From NCBI GenBank assembly GCA_946965045.2, contig OX337239.1, positions 2,046,001 through 2,110,000 on the forward strand: 64,000 nucleotides of DNA, written 5' to 3'. This document shows, piece after piece, positions 23,047 to 35,104 of the stretch (position 1 is the first letter of the stretch; each line of letters begins with the position of its first letter). The position numbers were made by a program, and so were the translations under genes. The notes under the pieces are model-generated. The model saw only the letters and a program-made list of their open reading frames with translations. It was not told where the DNA came from and did no database searches. This DNA is from Epithemia pelagica (lineage: Eukaryota; Protista; Bacillariophyta).

Positions 23047-23405
23047 TCGTTTCGATCCTTCAGACAGAAAGGTACCACCAAATTATGAACAACCTCGTGC
23101 CATCTCACAAACAAAAAGGGCGGGAGAAAATGGATTCAATTGAGCCTAGCGGATCACGAACAAGTAAAAGCTGGTACAGATTCTACATCCTCGGCGCAGA
23201 TGTCAATGGCACGAGGAAATCGTCTAATTCTTCATGTGAGTAGCTTCCAAACGCACCAAAAGCTTATTGGGCCTGTATTGTAGTGTAGCAGTTTCTATAG
23301 CGACGCGACAGTCGTGGTTCGTGACACAACTTCTACTCGACCAATCGTTCGTCTAAGTATTTTTCGTGGAGCCAATAGGTCCCGTATAAACAACAGCCGT
23401 ACTTA

Positions 23406-23572
23406 CCGTAAATTGCGGAACTTAAGAATTAAGAACCGCCGCTTATAAGCACCATTTGGGCCATTTCGTAGGACATCGTACTACGGCCACCCTAATGTTA
23501 ATGTGCGGAAGATAAGCACCATTTTGCCTAAAAGGAGGACATTTGGTGGTTCTTAAGTTACGCAATTTACGG
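23406..23572. mobile_element. Very small MITE-like element, 167 bp
   Basis: CCGTAAATTGCG(G/T)AACTTAAGAA inverted repeats, 22/23 match (23406-23428 versus 23550-23572). TA on the left flank only. Confidence 0.7.
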
Positions 23573-25452
23573 ACTTGAATCGTCCTGGTCCCGAGCCCCG
23601 AGCCAATACGAGCTCGTATTTGTGGCGAAATGTCTCCGAATGGTGAGTTGTTATTAGGCAGCAGCACGCACCACGGAGGAGAAATTTCCCTGGACTTTTT
23701 TACTCTGAGATGATCTTGATAGGAATGAGCACGGACCGAGCGTTGAAAAGCGTTTGGAATCGCCACTCACTTAAGTGATTTCCTTCCGAGCACCTCTGAA
23801 CCGTCGCTCGCAACGTGTTTGTCAATCGGATGGTCCCGATTGACAACTCCCCCTACGAGACCAAATTTTGTTCATTTTGTCGTTTTCTCAACACATTTGA
23901 GGAGCTCTGTGCCGAAAAGTCCCACGGGACGGAAGTGCTTGCCCAAATAAGAACAAGATAACATAGATAACAAACTCCACATCGTATTGGGCCACTCGAC
24001 GGAAGAGATAACCCATGTGTGCACTCTCCGTCCGAAGAAAGATTGTTATTCAGAGGCAGATGGATGGAGGTCATTATCGTCGAGCACAGAGAGGCTTAAG
24101 CTGGTCGTGTGTCATTGCGAGCATCTGGCCGAACGGCATCAAATAATTGCGTTCTCGAACCACCGCTTATCATTGTGAGATTGTAGCTTGGGGCAATTCG
24201 TTGAATTTTTCGACTTGACCCGAATCAATCTACTGTGTTTCTGTTGGGAAAATACCGGAACGGAACCTAGCCTATCCCGGAAACTAAGATATCCAAGCAT
24301 GCAGTCTCGTAAAGCAAGAACGGACCCTGGCCAACAAGAGACGTTCCATGAACACTTGTTCGTTCTACTTCCCTTGTCAATTGGCAGATTGCATTCAAGA
24401 AGCTCGTGATCGACGTGTCATCACCAACCATGCTCTGTCGACAACTGGTTCACCAAAACCCAGTTAGTTTCGTGCACCCCTATGTGATTTTTGCGATCTT
24501 CCGATGAAAGCGTCGTGTCTCTTGACTGTACTCGTCTCTTTGTACTAGTGGGATCGAACAATACTAGTGGGATCGAACAATCGCATCATCGTTTGAGATC
24601 CATGCCAAGGTGCATGAATGCATGTTTCTTTTGTTGGGAGGACAATGGGAATTGTATGTCGACTATTCCAGAAGCTAGTATTTTGTTTATCTGTTACAAT
24701 TTTGAATTATTGCCGCGGCGCTTCCCGACATGTTTCATAGCTCTCAATTCATGGCCACTCTAGCACTGCCGCAATACGCATAGTTACGGGTTGTGGGGTT
24801 GGACAAGGATAAGGATAAGCTCTCCGGCTTTGCTTGGAAAAGTTCCCGTCACAATTGTCTTCGATTATAAAAGACAAAATTACGTTGTGCTCACCCGATT
24901 ATTTCACTGCTTATTTGTTCTCAGGGCTTGGTTGCCACTGTATATCTTTGATATATTAACACTTTATTTCTCTACCCGACGCGTTTGGGCGAGTCCTCTG
25001 ACTCAATGCGTAGTACAAGTACTCCCCTATACCCCTATTCCGTTCGTCCAGCGAAGGGAATGACAAAAAAGGATGCCACCACGAATTCTGACCTCCCCAG
25101 AGACAGCGCTTGTTCTACAGATCATGAACGAACATGTGTCCACTAAAGGCACGAATAGACGTGTTTTGCATACCACTGCTGCTGGCCTCCCAAAGAGAAA
25201 GCTCCTTTCAGTGCTTCTTCCTAATGAGTGAGCATGTGTTCAGCAAAAGCATGTCAATAGAATGTGCTTCTTAGTTTTCTACGTTCAGTTTCATGCTATC
25301 ATGAATGAAACGACATATCTGTAAAGACATGAGTTGAAACAGCTCGTACTTTCGAATCCGTCTCATTTCATCGCTGGGTTGATGTGCACATGTGAGCATC
25401 CAAAGGCGGCCTAATTCCCGTAGCAATGGGAAGCTTGGCGCTCCATTTTCTC

Positions 25453-26016
25453 TTACATGAGCTTTAGATGATTGCTGATGCCTTCAAAGACAGCTACTGG
25501 AGCAGGTCCCAGTCCGAGCACAGTTTTCGACCCTGGTGCTATTTGCGTCCTTCCCGCATCTTCGACAAGGTAAACGGGTATTCCTTTCTCGATTGCTTTC
25601 ACTGCAATCTCTTCCATTTCCTCTTGTGTGGGGCACTTGGTGGCAATTTTTGCACAGCCTGTGTGTTCCCATGCCGTCACCGCTTTGGGTATGGAACGTC
25701 GTGCACGTTTATAACATCCCACGGCAGCATGACAGCATTGCGCGGCAATCTTTCCTTTTCCCATGGTCAGACTGGTATTCACGCACAATACCATTTTGTA
25801 GGGAGCGTCGGTATATCCCCATTTGGAAGCCGTGGCACTTGGTGATGGCATGTCTCGCAGATCCTCATCGTCCTCGTCCTCTTCTTCGTCCTTATCGTTT
25901 CCGCTCAACTCACCATATCTTTGGGCCTCTCGCGTTCGGAAGAGAAATAGGTAGGCCAAAGTGGGAAGTAAAGCTCCCGCCACGAAACAAACAAAGGGTT
26001 CATCCCATTGGAACAT
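25453..26016 (-). CDS. PTH2: Peptidyl-tRNA hydrolase 2 with N-terminal membrane anchor (187 aa)
   Basis: YKMVLCVNTSLTMGKGKIAAQCCHAAVG and DAGRTQIAPGSKTVLGLGPAP...HLKLM. Confidence 0.95.
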   Translation of the reverse strand: MFQWDEPFVCFVAGALLPTLAYLFLFRTREAQRYGELSGNDKDEEEDEDDEDLRDMPSPSATASKWGYTDAPYKMVLCVNTSLTMGKGKIAAQCCHAAVGCYKRARRSIPKAVTAWEHTGCAKIATKCPTQEEMEEIAVKAIEKGIPVYLVEDAGRTQIAPGSKTVLGLGPAPVAVFEGISNHLKLM

Positions 26017-26326
26017 CCTGATGGTTTTGTGATGGCGAGTCTCCTATCTAACAAAAGATCTCGGGGCTCCGCCCCCAGTTCCTCATACTGTAATCTGTAG
26101 CACCGCCCCCCCCCGGTCAAGAAGGGAGCACCCCAAATGGATGAAGCAAGTTAGGTAGGAGTAGTTCAGGTAGACGAGTCTTTCTTCCCAGTAGTATCCG
26201 GGAATCAAATGCCACCATCCATGACGATGACGCGCATTCTCAAATTGGAAAGAGGAGTGAGGAGGAGACAGGGTGGTCTTTTTGTAGTCTAAATCACATC
26301 CTTTCATTCGTTCGCCTGTCAGACCC

Positions 26327-28104
26327 ATGGCGGCCGATCCCACGGTTTATGCGCCTGTGAGCTTGGGAGAGGAGGAAGAGACGTTCGAAATACCATCGTC
26401 GACCATAGTCGACTCTCCCTCCCCATCAAGTCCTCCTTCTGACGACACTCAAAGAGCTGCCACTCCACCATTGAACAAGAACGTGACGATACAATGTTTT
26501 GCATGTGGCGCTCATACCGAGTTGAAATTGAATCACAATGTCTGTGTAAACCTCTGTAGCGCAGCAATTTACGGACTGGCTAGCTCGCTATGGAAAAACG
26601 CAATTCTCTCGGCATATCTCAAGAATCTCTTCAATGGTAGAAATGCCCCCATGGGACGAATCGAAGCTTTATTTGGGGTTTCCAATCTTGTCTCTGCAGT
26701 ACCCGTGGGTTATCTTGCAGATACGCAAGGAAGAGCAAAAACCATTCGATTTGGCATCTGTGTTGTTTTCGTTGCAGCGATTGCCCATACTGGGGCAATG
26801 TGGTGGATAGATTCAGTCGGGGGCCAGAAATGTCTGCGGCTGAATCAAACTCGTCGATATTTCTGCTGTGTATCGTAATGGCAATTTGGGGCGTCGCTCA
26901 GAGCTTTGTCGATGGACCAACCGAAGCCCTCTTTTCTGATTCTGTTCCCTCCGGTGGCTCAAACCTCTTTCAGTATGCATGGGCAGTCTATGTTCTTGCG
27001 ACTATTGCCGGTCCGGCGGTTTCCATTATCCTCTTTCGTAAAATGGGCGACGAATGGGATATGCGCCCCATCCAAATTATTTTGTTCCTGGGAATATCCA
27101 TGGAATGTTTGAATGCCTGTATCATTACTTTGTATGATGACAGAAAGGCGCTCAGCGACGAAGAAAGAGGATCAATCTTGGGGAGTGAGCGTGATTCACA
27201 ATCGGTTCATGATTGTCAAGGCTCGTCGGAGTCTGGACAGTCTCATGAGAGTGCGCTGGGGTTTTTGGCACTGTCCGAAAGTCTGCATTCAGATTCCTAG
27301 GTACTTGAAGATGGAAACTATGAAATGGGAATCCAGAGAACGAAGGAAAATGAAAACAAAGGCAGCTCAGCACTTGAAACCTTTAAGGACGAGACCACTG
27401 TCGAACCCGAGCACGATCAGACTCAAATGCTGGTAGTTGCAAATGAAACCAGACAGGAGACGGAAGCAAGCATAGGGACAAGCCATGGTCCACAACTGTC
27501 CCCGGCAAAAGATTCACGCCTCAGATGGGTGCCATATGTAATGTTTGCGTCGTCCTTTATATCATCTGCTGGATCGGGTATGACCGTGAAATACATTCCT
27601 CTGTACTTCAAGGACGACTGTGGGATGGCTCCATCGCAAGTGCAAATGATGTACGTGTTCACACCGATTTCCATGACAGTAGTCTCGGCTGCGGGGTATT
27701 TTATATCTCGAGCAATTGGACGGGTTCCTACAATGTTGATCTACAGCTTAGTGTCGGTGTCTCTGTTTTATGTTATTGCCACCTTCTATCATCCGTTGGA
27801 GGACCAGCACTTCCTATTAGCCCTCTTGTTTGTTCTTCAATCGGGAATAGGGGACGCCGTCTACCCCTTGGCAGAATCGCTCCTGATGGATGCTGTTCCG
27901 AGAAACCAGAGAGCAAGATGGAGGGCATTGCAGTCCATGGCCGAGTATGGCTGGAGTGGCTCGGCTGGTTTAGGTGGTATCATTTCAGATCGTGGTGGAT
28001 ATCAACAGGCCTTTTTTGTGTCATGCTACATTGAACTTTTTGCGATCTTCCTGTTTTCATTCCTTTTGTTTCTTGTTCCCTCGACAAGGGGCCGCACGCC
28101 TTGA
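26327..28104 (+). pseudogene. MFS transporter paralogue with a frameshift (~26820) and an in-frame TAG (27298-27300)
   Basis: Three track ORFs together align to the intact MFS at 28817-30511 (KLNHNV, GYLAD..GR, GP..ALF.DS, GSGMTVK..PLYFK, YPL.ES.LMD.VP..QRARW). GAT TCC TAG GTA CTT reads through in frame into the ORF at 27325. Confidence 0.75.
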
Positions 28105-28816
28105 TATGACACCAGGATCCGTGAGGAAAAAACAAGGTGGTGAACTGGTGCTCAGTTCACATCTTCTCGGGTTCTTCTCGTGGCACCAGGATGTCGAGAG
28201 CGATTGGATACCTGTCATGGGAGGATATAGTGGCCACACGCATCCAATGTCAACTCTTGGCATTGGCCTATAATGTTGCGTTCTCCATGGTTAGTAGTAT
28301 CAAATCATCGCGTTGACTCAAAACTTTCGCACTACAGGTTTGTGATGTAAAGTACGTTGGGACAGTGACTCGAACCATGTTGGATCAAATGCAATTGCGA
28401 GCGCCGGAATCCGGCGCAGACAGGGAGGAGATCAACGAAACGACAATGATCCACCCGTAGATCGACAAGCAGGGACAAGCGTTTGTCGGTCAACCAAAGA
28501 GCTTCTATTCCAGCGCCCTTACGTTATCAACATGCAGAATGCAGACGTAACAGGGCGCTTCCACTGTTTTGTTGGTCATCCGATCTAAGATGAGCCTGAT
28601 GACAGCTTTTGTTGAATGAATGCCAACATTCTAAATTAAAGACACGTCGATCATTACTTATTCTCTCTCAAGTAGCTTTAGAGCAACATCGACAATGATG
28701 AAAATGTGTGCAAAAAGGTAAAACGTAAAACGGCGACCGTCCTATCCAAACAATAGGCACTGGTTTGTAAACGAAAGAACTGCAGACATGAATGTCGTTC
28801 AACGCTTCACTTATCC

Positions 28817-30511
28817 CTACTGACTTTCCTCGTTCGCAGTGGTTCCTTCCCCCGCCGGATTATTCGCCCCAGAGTCTGTGTTTTCATTGTTGCCGTTACA
28901 ACATGCACAAGTCTCGTTGGTATCGTTGTTGTTACTGCTCGTCGCTAAATCCGGCGACGAGGCAGTGCGTGACAAGGAGACTTCACTCCGAGGAACAAGG
29001 GGGAATAGGCAAGCTGTCAAGATGATACCCACAGTCTGAACAAGGGCCGTGATAAAAAAGGTATGAGTATAGTCCCACCGATCCGAAATATACCCACCAA
29101 CCGCAGCGCTACCACACCAGCCAAATTGGGCAATGGATTCCAACGACTTCCATCGCGCGCGTTGCTCCTTGGGTACAAAGTCCATCAAAATCGACTCCAG
29201 CAAGGGATAGGGCGAATTCATAAGGCCGGTTCGAAGGACATAGACCGGGACCAAGACAAAGGGATGAGGATCCAAAAATTGCTTAAAAAAGACCATAGCG
29301 TACAAACAAGACACTCCAAGCACCTGTAGCAAGACAGTGGTTTCCACGCGTCCAAGTGATTTGGACAACCGCGTTCCTAGACCCGAAAGAATAGCCATGA
29401 AAACTGGGACCAAAACGTAGATGACTTGGACTTGACTTGGGGACATACCCACCTCTTCCTTGAAGAAAAGAGGAAAGAATTTGACTGTCATTCCGGATCC
29501 AATGGAGAACACGAGAGAAGATACAAAAAGAATGTACGGGATCATCCACCGACGCTGGACATTTGCATCGGTTGTCGGCGTCTCATCACCCGAATTCAGT
29601 AGTGGTTCAGTAAGTCCATTCTCTGTGTTTTCCAGCGTCGTAGAAGAAGATGTTGCAGCGTCAGCAGCAGAGGACCCTCCCTCTCCTTCTGTTTCTTCTC
29701 CTGCCCCACCTCCTTCTTCAAGAGCCTTCTTGTCATCAAAGAACATCATGATGATCGCATTGCAAACTTCCATTCCCAATCCAACATAGACAATGGTTCG
29801 AAGCTGAAACAAATTCCATTCATCGCCAATCTTCTGAAACAAAATGATAGAAACAATGGGTCCCAGACAGCTCGATACCAGGTAGGTCACAAACAAGTAA
29901 TGATAGTATTGAGACCGTTCGCCGACCGGAGTGGAATCTGCGTACAGAGCTTGAGCTGGTCCACTAACAATGCCTCCACCAATGCCCCACAAAGCCATGA
30001 CGACTCCCAGAACAATCAAAGATGTTTCGCGATCCTTGTCTGACATTTTTGTTTCGTCTGTACCAATCCAGGCCATCGTCCACCCATGCAGCACCGCAGT
30101 GACCATGAACAAGATACCACCGGCTCGAATCATTTTGTCGCGACCATATCGATCCGCAATGTATCCAACAGGTAATGCTGAGAACAACACAGCCAAACCG
30201 TTAATGGCTTCAATGTCGCCTACAATGCTGTTTTCTTCCCGACCCAATCGTTTCAAGTAAGCTGCAAAGACTGTACCGCTCCACAGCGAATCCGACATTC
30301 CATACAAAACGCACAAAACAAGGTTTAAGAAAACATTGTGGTTCAATTTCAAGCATCGTCGACCACAAAGCTTCACCACAACGTCCTTGTCGTCGTCATT
30401 TTCACCATTGGGAGCGCTGGTGGCGACTTGAGTTTCTGTCTGCTGAGACAACAGTGGCTCTTCCAAGTCTCGCGATGGATTCGCAGCGTTATCTTCTGAA
30501 TCGGGAGGCAT
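28817..30511 (-). CDS. Major facilitator superfamily transporter (564 aa)
   Basis: About 12 hydrophobic helices, MFS motif A-like GYIADRYGRDK, acidic central loop, N-terminal dileucine-like EEPLL. Confidence 0.85.
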   Translation of the reverse strand: MPPDSEDNAANPSRDLEEPLLSQQTETQVATSAPNGENDDDKDVVVKLCGRRCLKLNHNVFLNLVLCVLYGMSDSLWSGTVFAAYLKRLGREENSIVGDIEAINGLAVLFSALPVGYIADRYGRDKMIRAGGILFMVTAVLHGWTMAWIGTDETKMSDKDRETSLIVLGVVMALWGIGGGIVSGPAQALYADSTPVGERSQYYHYLFVTYLVSSCLGPIVSIILFQKIGDEWNLFQLRTIVYVGLGMEVCNAIIMMFFDDKKALEEGGGAGEETEGEGGSSAADAATSSSTTLENTENGLTEPLLNSGDETPTTDANVQRRWMIPYILFVSSLVFSIGSGMTVKFFPLFFKEEVGMSPSQVQVIYVLVPVFMAILSGLGTRLSKSLGRVETTVLLQVLGVSCLYAMVFFKQFLDPHPFVLVPVYVLRTGLMNSPYPLLESILMDFVPKEQRARWKSLESIAQFGWCGSAAVGGYISDRWDYTHTFFITALVQTVGIILTACLFPLVPRSEVSLSRTASSPDLATSSNNNDTNETCACCNGNNENTDSGANNPAGEGTTANEESQ

Positions 30512-30948
30512 GGTCGTCTGGCAACTTGTATTTCTTGTCTCTGCAAGACAATCTTTCTCAGCAACGACGCCAAGCTTGTGGGAGTCAAGCCAATATTATA
30601 GATTACGCGCCTCTAGAGTGGTGGTTGTTCAAATGGCCAGACGTATATCGGTCCATTGTGTTCCAAGGAGACCATTCGTTACAACTTCCGTTTGGCCTTC
30701 AGTTTTCATGGTGACGATGAGAAGTATCTGGAAACTGGAATCTTAGGCGTTTCATTTATTCGTCTATCAAAACACTCGTTATTGTCCCCATGAATCCGAA
30801 CCTCTGAGTCTTCTCCATATTTCTACTCCCGGCTATATGCTTGAAATTGTCTAAGTTTCGTCCGACGTCTGACTGTCGTCCTCTCCCACGACTGCATTAC
30901 AACACCGATAGCCAAGGTAGCTATTTCTCAACAATGTCGAAGTCGTAG

Positions 30949-32471
30949 ATGGGTACCCCGTTCCGTTCCGGGCTAAACATACACAGGACAGCATTTGTAA
31001 AAGATACCATGAACATCAAGGCCACAAGAATCGACCAGAAGAAGGCCTCTAAAGATTTGCTGCGCAGAACTCACGCTTTGATCAGATCAAGAGCATGTTT
31101 GACTGTGATGAGTTTCTATGCTGCCCTGTTCATCGGACTCTGCTTGTACGGATTCAAAAACGACCGCTCTACTTTGGATCTTGCCGCTGTCATGACATCA
31201 TCTCCAACGATCCCTGAAAATGTTACAAGGCGAACCGATGCTGGTGTGGACTTGTCAGACCCAATGCTCTATGGCACAATCGATCTACTGGGAAACTCCA
31301 CGACCGCAACGGTGATGGGCATGGCGGCGGGCTACGGCTTGGATGTCTACAAGATGTTTGTTGGGTCGTTACGCCGTGCTGGTTTTCAGGGTCATATTAT
31401 TCTCGGTGTAGCCCCCAACGTCCAACCCAACATTTTAGAGTACTTTGATTCTCGAAACGTGACGCCCCAAATTCTAACTCATGTGCCTTGTACCTACCCC
31501 AAAATCGAAGGCGAGCATAAGGATTCCGAACACTGTCCCCATCCTTATTCAGACATTAAATCACGATGGGGCCGTGTCCCACTTCAACGAGACTGGTTGC
31601 TGGATTGCAAGAAGTGCACGGGTCCGGTTCTGAGCATTGATGTCCGCGATACGTTTTTCCAGAAGGATCCCTTTGGACCAGGATCTCCTCCCATTACTGG
31701 GCTTCAAGTGTTCCAAGAACACCCTAACCAGACGTAAGTTACTTGCTGTTCCTCGGTTGTGGGCACAATGTGAACTTCCGATTCACATGTTCTCATATCG
31801 TTTGTTGCCACGTGACGTTGCTTGAATTGGATTGACACGAATTGGTGTTCTCTATCATGCGCAGAACAAGCCATTGGTTAGTAGATGTTCCAGTCAAGCA
31901 GTGCAAGGGAATGAAGTTGAGAGAGCCTATGCTTTGTTCTGGATCCGTCATTGGTACAAGAGCGGCAATGATCAAATACTTTGAGGTAATGTACGCCGAA
32001 ATGAAGGTCTGGATGAATCGTACGAAGTGCCGCACTGGCTTGGTGGGAGATGATCAAAGCGTTCACAACTACCTCTTTTACACGGGACAGCTCCCCTTTG
32101 CAACTGCCATTCCAAACCGTGTTGGTATTGTGAATACGCCCGGAGTAGAAGGCAGCATACTGTATGAAAACTGGCGCAAGACAAGCATTAGCCAGGGTTT
32201 GAGCCAGGACGCTGCCATCCGACGACCATTTCCAGGCGCTACTTCACGTTCCTGGATTGGAACGTCTTACAACTTGACTGATGAAGATGGCTTTCTCACT
32301 CAATACGATGGTACTCGTTCTCGCGTTGTACATCAAGCAGATAGATTTGGATGTAAGTTTGACCAAAATCATACATGCTGGCATGAGAGTCGACCAGTTT
32401 CATGACTAACGCTTGCTTCAGACTACTTCTGGTATATGTGGCTGACGAAACAGCAATGGGCTTCCGATTAA
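30949..32471 (+). CDS. Type II membrane putative GT-A glycosyltransferase-like protein, 3 exons (30949-31733, 31865-32352, 32422-32471)
   Basis: N-terminal TM helix, DxD-like SIDVRDTFFQ, CSGSVIG, DDQSVHNYLFY, HQADRFG. GTAAGT donors at 31734 and 32353, CTAAC branch at ~32406, and in-frame splicing. The exon structure is well supported; the function is inferred. Confidence 0.7.
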
Positions 32472-32837
32472 ACATAATCGTCGAGATATGATAAGGTTTA
32501 AGTTGATGGCACTGAAGCTGGGCATATTCTAACACTATTTCTACAGTAAAATAAAAAATGTTCTGAGTCACCAACAAGGAACAGCTTGTGATGCAAGTGA
32601 GTATCAGTTGACGACAACTCAATAATTCCAATTCGACGTTCAGTTCTGTCATTGATTCGGATCCAGGAAACATGCGATCATGGTCTTTCCCATGGAAATT
32701 AATCACCAAGGCACACCATGCCCATTCTGAACTTGGCCTGCTTTGGCCAGTTAACTGTGTCCGACCCCACGACAACAAAATGGCGCGACATTTCTCGCCT
32801 GTACGCTTCTCCATTTGGCAGCTTGTCATTTACAACT

Positions 32838-34592
32838 TCATTCTTCATTGCCAGGAGATCCAAATGCCTTGCGTTTTCTGGATTGGAAGTTTTGGGTGCA
32901 CAAATCTGCTTCTTTCATAACTTCGTCTAAACTACTGGAGCCTTCGATCAAAATGCTTCGTTTGAATTGAAACACTCTCATCCCCTTGCCTTGTGCGAGA
33001 TTTCTTTCTCGGGTTTTCGCCGATGTGGATTGTACCGAAAGGCGTTCTTCTTCATCAAACTGGTCTCGGGGCATTTGTACCAAGCGCTCAATTTCTTTGG
33101 CAATCTGAACTCCTCGCTCTTCTTTTGTTTCACTGCTATCCGTCGCGGAGCCACCGACAGGTATAAAGACAAAGTTGGGATCTTTTCGGTACCATTTCAT
33201 TTGTTGTGCCGCATAATTCCGCGTCGCAGCGGTAAATTTCTCGACAAAGTCTACAAACGCTTTGGCATCATTTTCACTGGGATCATCTCGCGACAAGTAA
33301 TCCAACACTTGTCGATATCCTATAGCTCGTGCAGCCATGTCAGAGAGGGCACCATTCAATGACAAATCGGTAGTTTCCCGAATAAGACCTTTGCATAGCA
33401 TTTGTTCACAACGAGCATCGATAGTCTTGAAATGTGTCATGCGATCTTCTGGACACAGGAAAAAACATCGGACATCTACGTTTTTCATTGCTGCCAGACC
33501 TCCCTTCCTATCTCCACTGTATAATCGCTGAACAATCTTTTCAAAATCTGGAGCAGTAGTGCTTCCTCCATTGTCGATTTTCAACTTTTGTGTCATCATT
33601 TCTTGGGCGGTGAATGCGACTTCCATTATTCGACGTAGGCGGTACCAGTCATTGTCTGAAAGCTTGGATGCTTGCTGCTTAAAGTTCTCTCCCATTGACT
33701 GCACAAATTGCAAAGCCCCGGCCCAATCCTCATCATTTTGATATTGCGTTGTTGCCGTGATGGCTTTTTCCACAGCCACGTCGGTTGGTCGCAGCGCATC
33801 CGGTTCGCCTTGAACCAACCAGTGAACATACATCATTGTCCCTCCTACAACCACTGGCGTTATGCGTTCATCTGCCGACACTTGGCGGGTTCGACGAGCC
33901 TTGATAATTTCGTCGTCAATCAATTGTTGACGTCGAAGGACATCGGAATCGGATACCTCTTTCGTGTTGTCGTCATCACTGTCATGGAAGGAATGATTGC
34001 TGTGACCATCATCTATCAACAAAAGTTTGTGAATAGCATAAAGAGCATCCCTCCTCCACTCGGCAACATTGTAGACAGTATCTGCCTTATCGACAATGTC
34101 CACCAGAAGGTGAGGGGTGACAAGTCGTTCTTGGAGTGATGGTTTGTTGGCTCCAATCTGAACTCCTTGGTAGGCTTGAACACTGTCTGCCGATACTACG
34201 ACCGCCTTGTTCAGTTTGGCTGCAACATCGGATTTTCCAACTGCAGTGGGTCCTGCCAACACAATAACCTTACGGATCGTGTCCTCCTCACCGTCGTGAG
34301 GATGGCTGCCGGTGGTCGGTGATTGCGTCGCCATGCAGCGTGATGTGCGGTCTGGTTGGAACGAGGTCCTTCTCCGTTGACGAGAAGAATATGATGACCT
34401 TGGCAGAAAACAGTCCACCAAGTGGGACCTCGTTGTGGAAGCAAAAGAAACCCGTGAATGGATTGTCCTGGACGAGCAGAGGAATGGCAATCGAAGCGTC
34501 GTTGTGTGTCGAACGAGCAGCCCAGTCGTCATGTAGAAGAAGCCGATTCCGGTGGAGCGAACTGCGAAGAAATGAAGAAACCTCTTGAGCAT
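32838..34592 (-). CDS. miaA: tRNA dimethylallyltransferase with N-terminal targeting extension
   Basis: LAGPTAVGKS, SADSVQAYQGVQIGANKP, VVGGTMMY, AIGYRQ, TRNYAAQQMKWYR. First ATG at 34592 (the track ORF starts at a TTG). Confidence 0.9.
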   Translation of the reverse strand: MLKRFLHFFAVRSTGIGFFYMTTGLLVRHTTTLRLPFLCSSRTIHSRVSFASTTRSHLVDCFLPRSSYSSRQRRRTSFQPDRTSRCMATQSPTTGSHPHDGEEDTIRKVIVLAGPTAVGKSDVAAKLNKAVVVSADSVQAYQGVQIGANKPSLQERLVTPHLLVDIVDKADTVYNVAEWRRDALYAIHKLLLIDDGHSNHSFHDSDDDNTKEVSDSDVLRRQQLIDDEIIKARRTRQVSADERITPVVVGGTMMYVHWLVQGEPDALRPTDVAVEKAITATTQYQNDEDWAGALQFVQSMGENFKQQASKLSDNDWYRLRRIMEVAFTAQEMMTQKLKIDNGGSTTAPDFEKIVQRLYSGDRKGGLAAMKNVDVRCFFLCPEDRMTHFKTIDARCEQMLCKGLIRETTDLSLNGALSDMAARAIGYRQVLDYLSRDDPSENDAKAFVDFVEKFTAATRNYAAQQMKWYRKDPNFVFIPVGGSATDSSETKEERGVQIAKEIERLVQMPRDQFDEEERLSVQSTSAKTRERNLAQGKGMRVFQFKRSILIEGSSSLDEVMKEADLCTQNFQSRKRKAFGSPGNEE

Positions 34593-35104
34593 GTCATTAC
34601 TTCCCGCGATGCCCTTGCGCCTGATACAAGGCAAGAGTACCCAGCAGACCGACAGAGATGCTTCTACGGTAGTGCTCAATCTTTTGTTTGTTTTTCTTTA
34701 TGAGAAAGATTTCTGTGGGATTCTTTCGATCCACACAAGGTCCGTCGGTCTGTCGTCCGCTTCTCGACGTCGTGCTACAAGCTGGTTCACGTTGCGGAGT
34801 GCATGAGTTTTTCATAATGGGAAATTGTATACTACACTTTAGCCCACAGTACCCCAGCGTTTCGGATCACTTACGGTTTTCGTGTTCCTCACATTTTGTC
34901 ACGCACATATTGAAAAATGCAAAATGCAATAACGACTAGTGACCGCTTCATGCGACGATGGCCATTCGCCGGTCGAAATGCGAAACACCACCCAACCTAA
35001 TCGATAGGATAGATATAAAAGTAGTAGAAAATCATAGGGGTGTCGCGCATTTCGACCTGTGGTTCAGTCTCCAGGAGCAGTGAAAGTAGCTACTGTCGAA
35101 CATC

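Noticed and set aside
10192-24580. Small tandem duplications (20-bp at ~10193-10232, 19-bp at ~24543-24580) and short microsatellites
   Set aside because: Ordinary slippage products with no further structure.
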